From the NCBI RefSeq assembly GCF_006345805.1, contig NC_043005.1, positions 4,712,001 to 4,776,000 on the forward strand: 64,000 nt of DNA, in the 5' to 3' direction. Under the pieces are notes generated by a model. It was not told where the DNA came from. It saw only the letters and a list, made by a program, of their open reading frames with translations, and did not search any database. This DNA is from Octopus sinensis. Its lineage: Eukaryota. Shown here in pieces: positions 61,800 through 64,000 of this stretch. Position 1 is the stretch's first letter, and the number at the start of each line of letters is the position of its first letter. The position numbers were made by a program, and so were the translations under genes.

Positions 61800-63149
61800 C
61801 TGAAAGGAGGAGAGAGAGAAAAAAAAAGGGTTTCAATTGAATAATAATAATTTATGGAGATGTACTTGTATAGCAAGTAACCTGATCTGAGATCGAATGC
61901 TGAAACAAAAACAATTGCATATAAACAGACAAACAAGATGAGGACAAATATCCATCGAATGTAAATAATGCACATAATTCCTTATCTCTTAAATATAGAA
62001 CAATTACAGCTATTCACCTACAGACCCTGAGTTCCCACTCTTAAAGCCACCAATAAGAACACAATATAGTCCTGAGACACACGTACACATCCATGCATGC
62101 ACCTGATAAAAAAAAAAAAAAGCTGGTTTCATCTGAAAGAAACCAAAAAATATCTGTTCCATGTTGATATTCACAGATTTGTGATATGTCTTTGTTTTAC
62201 TTGTTTTCAATCATTTGGACTGCGACCATGCTGGGGCACTGTCTCGATGGTACAGGAAAACAAAATCAACCCCAGGACTCATCTTTCATATCTGGTACTT
62301 ACTGTACAATTTGCTTTTCTATTTTGGCCAAACTGTTAAGTTAGTGATGTAAACAAACCAACAGCAGTGGAGGTGGAAGTAGGGTCAAACGCACACACAA
62401 TATAATCTGATGGTTTCCAAACAGTTTCACTCTACCAAATTTATTCAGGGGGTTTTGGTTAGTCTGAGATTATAGCAAAAGACATTTACCCAAGGTGCCA
62501 TGCAGTGGGATTGAACCCCAGATCAGGTGGTTGGGAAGCAAACTTCTTAACCGCACACCCATGTTCTGTGCTTGTTATTCACAACGTTTACCTCCCTTTC
62601 TTCACTAATTACTGCCTACATTCAAACAGTAAATAAGATAGGTTATGTAAGGTGACAGAAACTTCTGGAAAGGTGACTAAGTAAAGAATAATCCGAGTTG
62701 TTTTAATGTCTGAAATATTTTCTGAATCCCAAAAGGAAAATTTCTTAAAATTAAACTTTAGCAAATACTGAAATTTAAGGAGATAAATGCAAAAAATACA
62801 GTGATAAACGATTTGTAAATGAATCAATGAGTAGATTCCCTGACACCAAATTTGTAGCCCACAGCAACCAAATTGTCAGATTCAAGGGGGAGAGTCATGG
62901 CGAAATTAGTTATTTTCAAATATCTGCCCTTGAGTCACTTTTGTAACAAAAGAAGTTATTTTACTAAATCCTTCCAAATTCTTGGTTATTTTCTAAGTTA
63001 TAAAATACAGGTACTGTCATATTTTATGTCCAGACCGTTAACTATGTACCTAATGTGTATCTTGACAGTTTTACAACTTTCAAGGGACCTGTGTTAGAAA
63101 TAACACAAATTTCCTTCAAATCACACCTTTTTTTTTTTTTTAAAAGTAA

Positions 63150-63895
63150 AGAAAGATGCTGGTATGGTCATATGTTATGTATGGATGTGGACAGCTGTGT
63201 GAGGAAGTGCCACTCCCTAACTGTGGAAGGAACCTTTGGAAGAAGTAGACCCAGGAAAACATGGGATGAGGTGGTGAAGCCTGACCTTCGAACATTGAGC
63301 CTCACAGAGGCAACGACAGGAGACTGAGACCTTTAGAGAAATGCTGTAACTGAGAGGACCCAGTAACTAAAGTGAGATTACAGCCATGGCCAGTGCCAGT
63401 GCAGCATGTCCGGCCCACTGAAGAGTAACCGAGTGATATGACATGCTTGAGAAAACCTGTTGAGTCAAGTAAGACCAAAATCATAGTTGTGGCCAGCGCC
63501 CCCTGACTGGCCCCCGTTCCGGTCGCATGTAAAATGCATTATCCAAACGTGGTCGAAGCCAGTGTCTGCTGACTGGCTCTCATGCCAGTGGCACATAAAA
63601 AGCACCACCCAAACGTGGCCAATGCCAGGACCCGCTGACTGGGTCCTGTGTCAGTGGCACATAAAAAGCACCATCCAAACGTAATCGATGCGAGGCCCAC
63701 CTGACTTGCTCCTGTATGGTGGCACGTAAAAAGTACCCACACTACACTCTAGGAGTGGTTGGCGTTAGGAAGGACATCCAGCTGTAGAAACATTACCAGA
63801 TCAGATTGGAGCCTGGTGCAGCTGCTGGCTCTCCAGACTGTTCAGTCAAACCATCCACCCATGCCAGCATGGAAAACAGATGTTGAACGATGATG
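63150..63895 (+). mobile_element. RTE LINE 3' end with four ~65-bp internal units
   Basis: WYGHMLCMD...GRSRPRKTWDEVVK C-terminus, tandem units at 63489-63743, and a GATGATG tail. Confidence 0.85.
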
Positions 63896-64000
63896 AAAGA
63901 ATGTATAGCTGAAGACACATATCTGGAAAGGAAAGAGTCAGGGTGGTCATGGTTTGACATGTGTGTGTGTGTGTGTGTGTGTTGTCATCATTTAACATCT

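Noticed and set aside
63489-63743. CRISPR-like array of ~65-bp units with a palindromic core
   Set aside because: The units are degenerate tandem repeats with no unique spacers, lie inside an RTE 3' UTR, and recur in dispersed copies; the DNA is eukaryotic and no cas genes are present.

Overview
AT-rich animal genomic DNA. The repeat content (RTE-LINE tails ending in (GAT)n, tRNA-derived and CORE-like SINEs, long (TA)n arrays) points to an octopus or related cephalopod; this is inference, as no database was searched. Two housekeeping genes sit head-to-head. USP14 (minus strand) has coding exons 1-10 inside the window, with the ATG at 30535, and continues beyond the left edge; its ninth intron is a U12-type (minor spliceosome) GT-AG intron. 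Mago nashi/MAGOH (plus strand) is complete, with 5 coding exons from 34033 to 45874 encoding 148 aa. Introns and flanks are packed with transposon remains: a full-length mellifera-type mariner, an irritans-type mariner, Tc1, piggyBac, a Chapaev/Transib-like transposase, RTE LINEs, a CR1/L2-group LINE with an uninterrupted 685-aa RT ORF, SINEs and MITEs. The most notable non-genic signals are: (1) a 356-bp unit bounded by a perfect 43-bp direct repeat that carries a type I minimal hammerhead ribozyme at the tip of a long paired rod (retrozyme or Penelope pLTR-like; 43561-43959, minus strand); (2) a second, core-mutated hammerhead fold in the intergenic region (32645-32737); (3) a chimeric insertion copied from two local templates and flanked by a 24-bp duplication (20588-20878); and (4) a ~160-bp-arm foldback next to USP14 exon 6. 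All pairings and alignments were done by eye. Repeat boundaries are approximate unless TIRs or TSDs are quoted.
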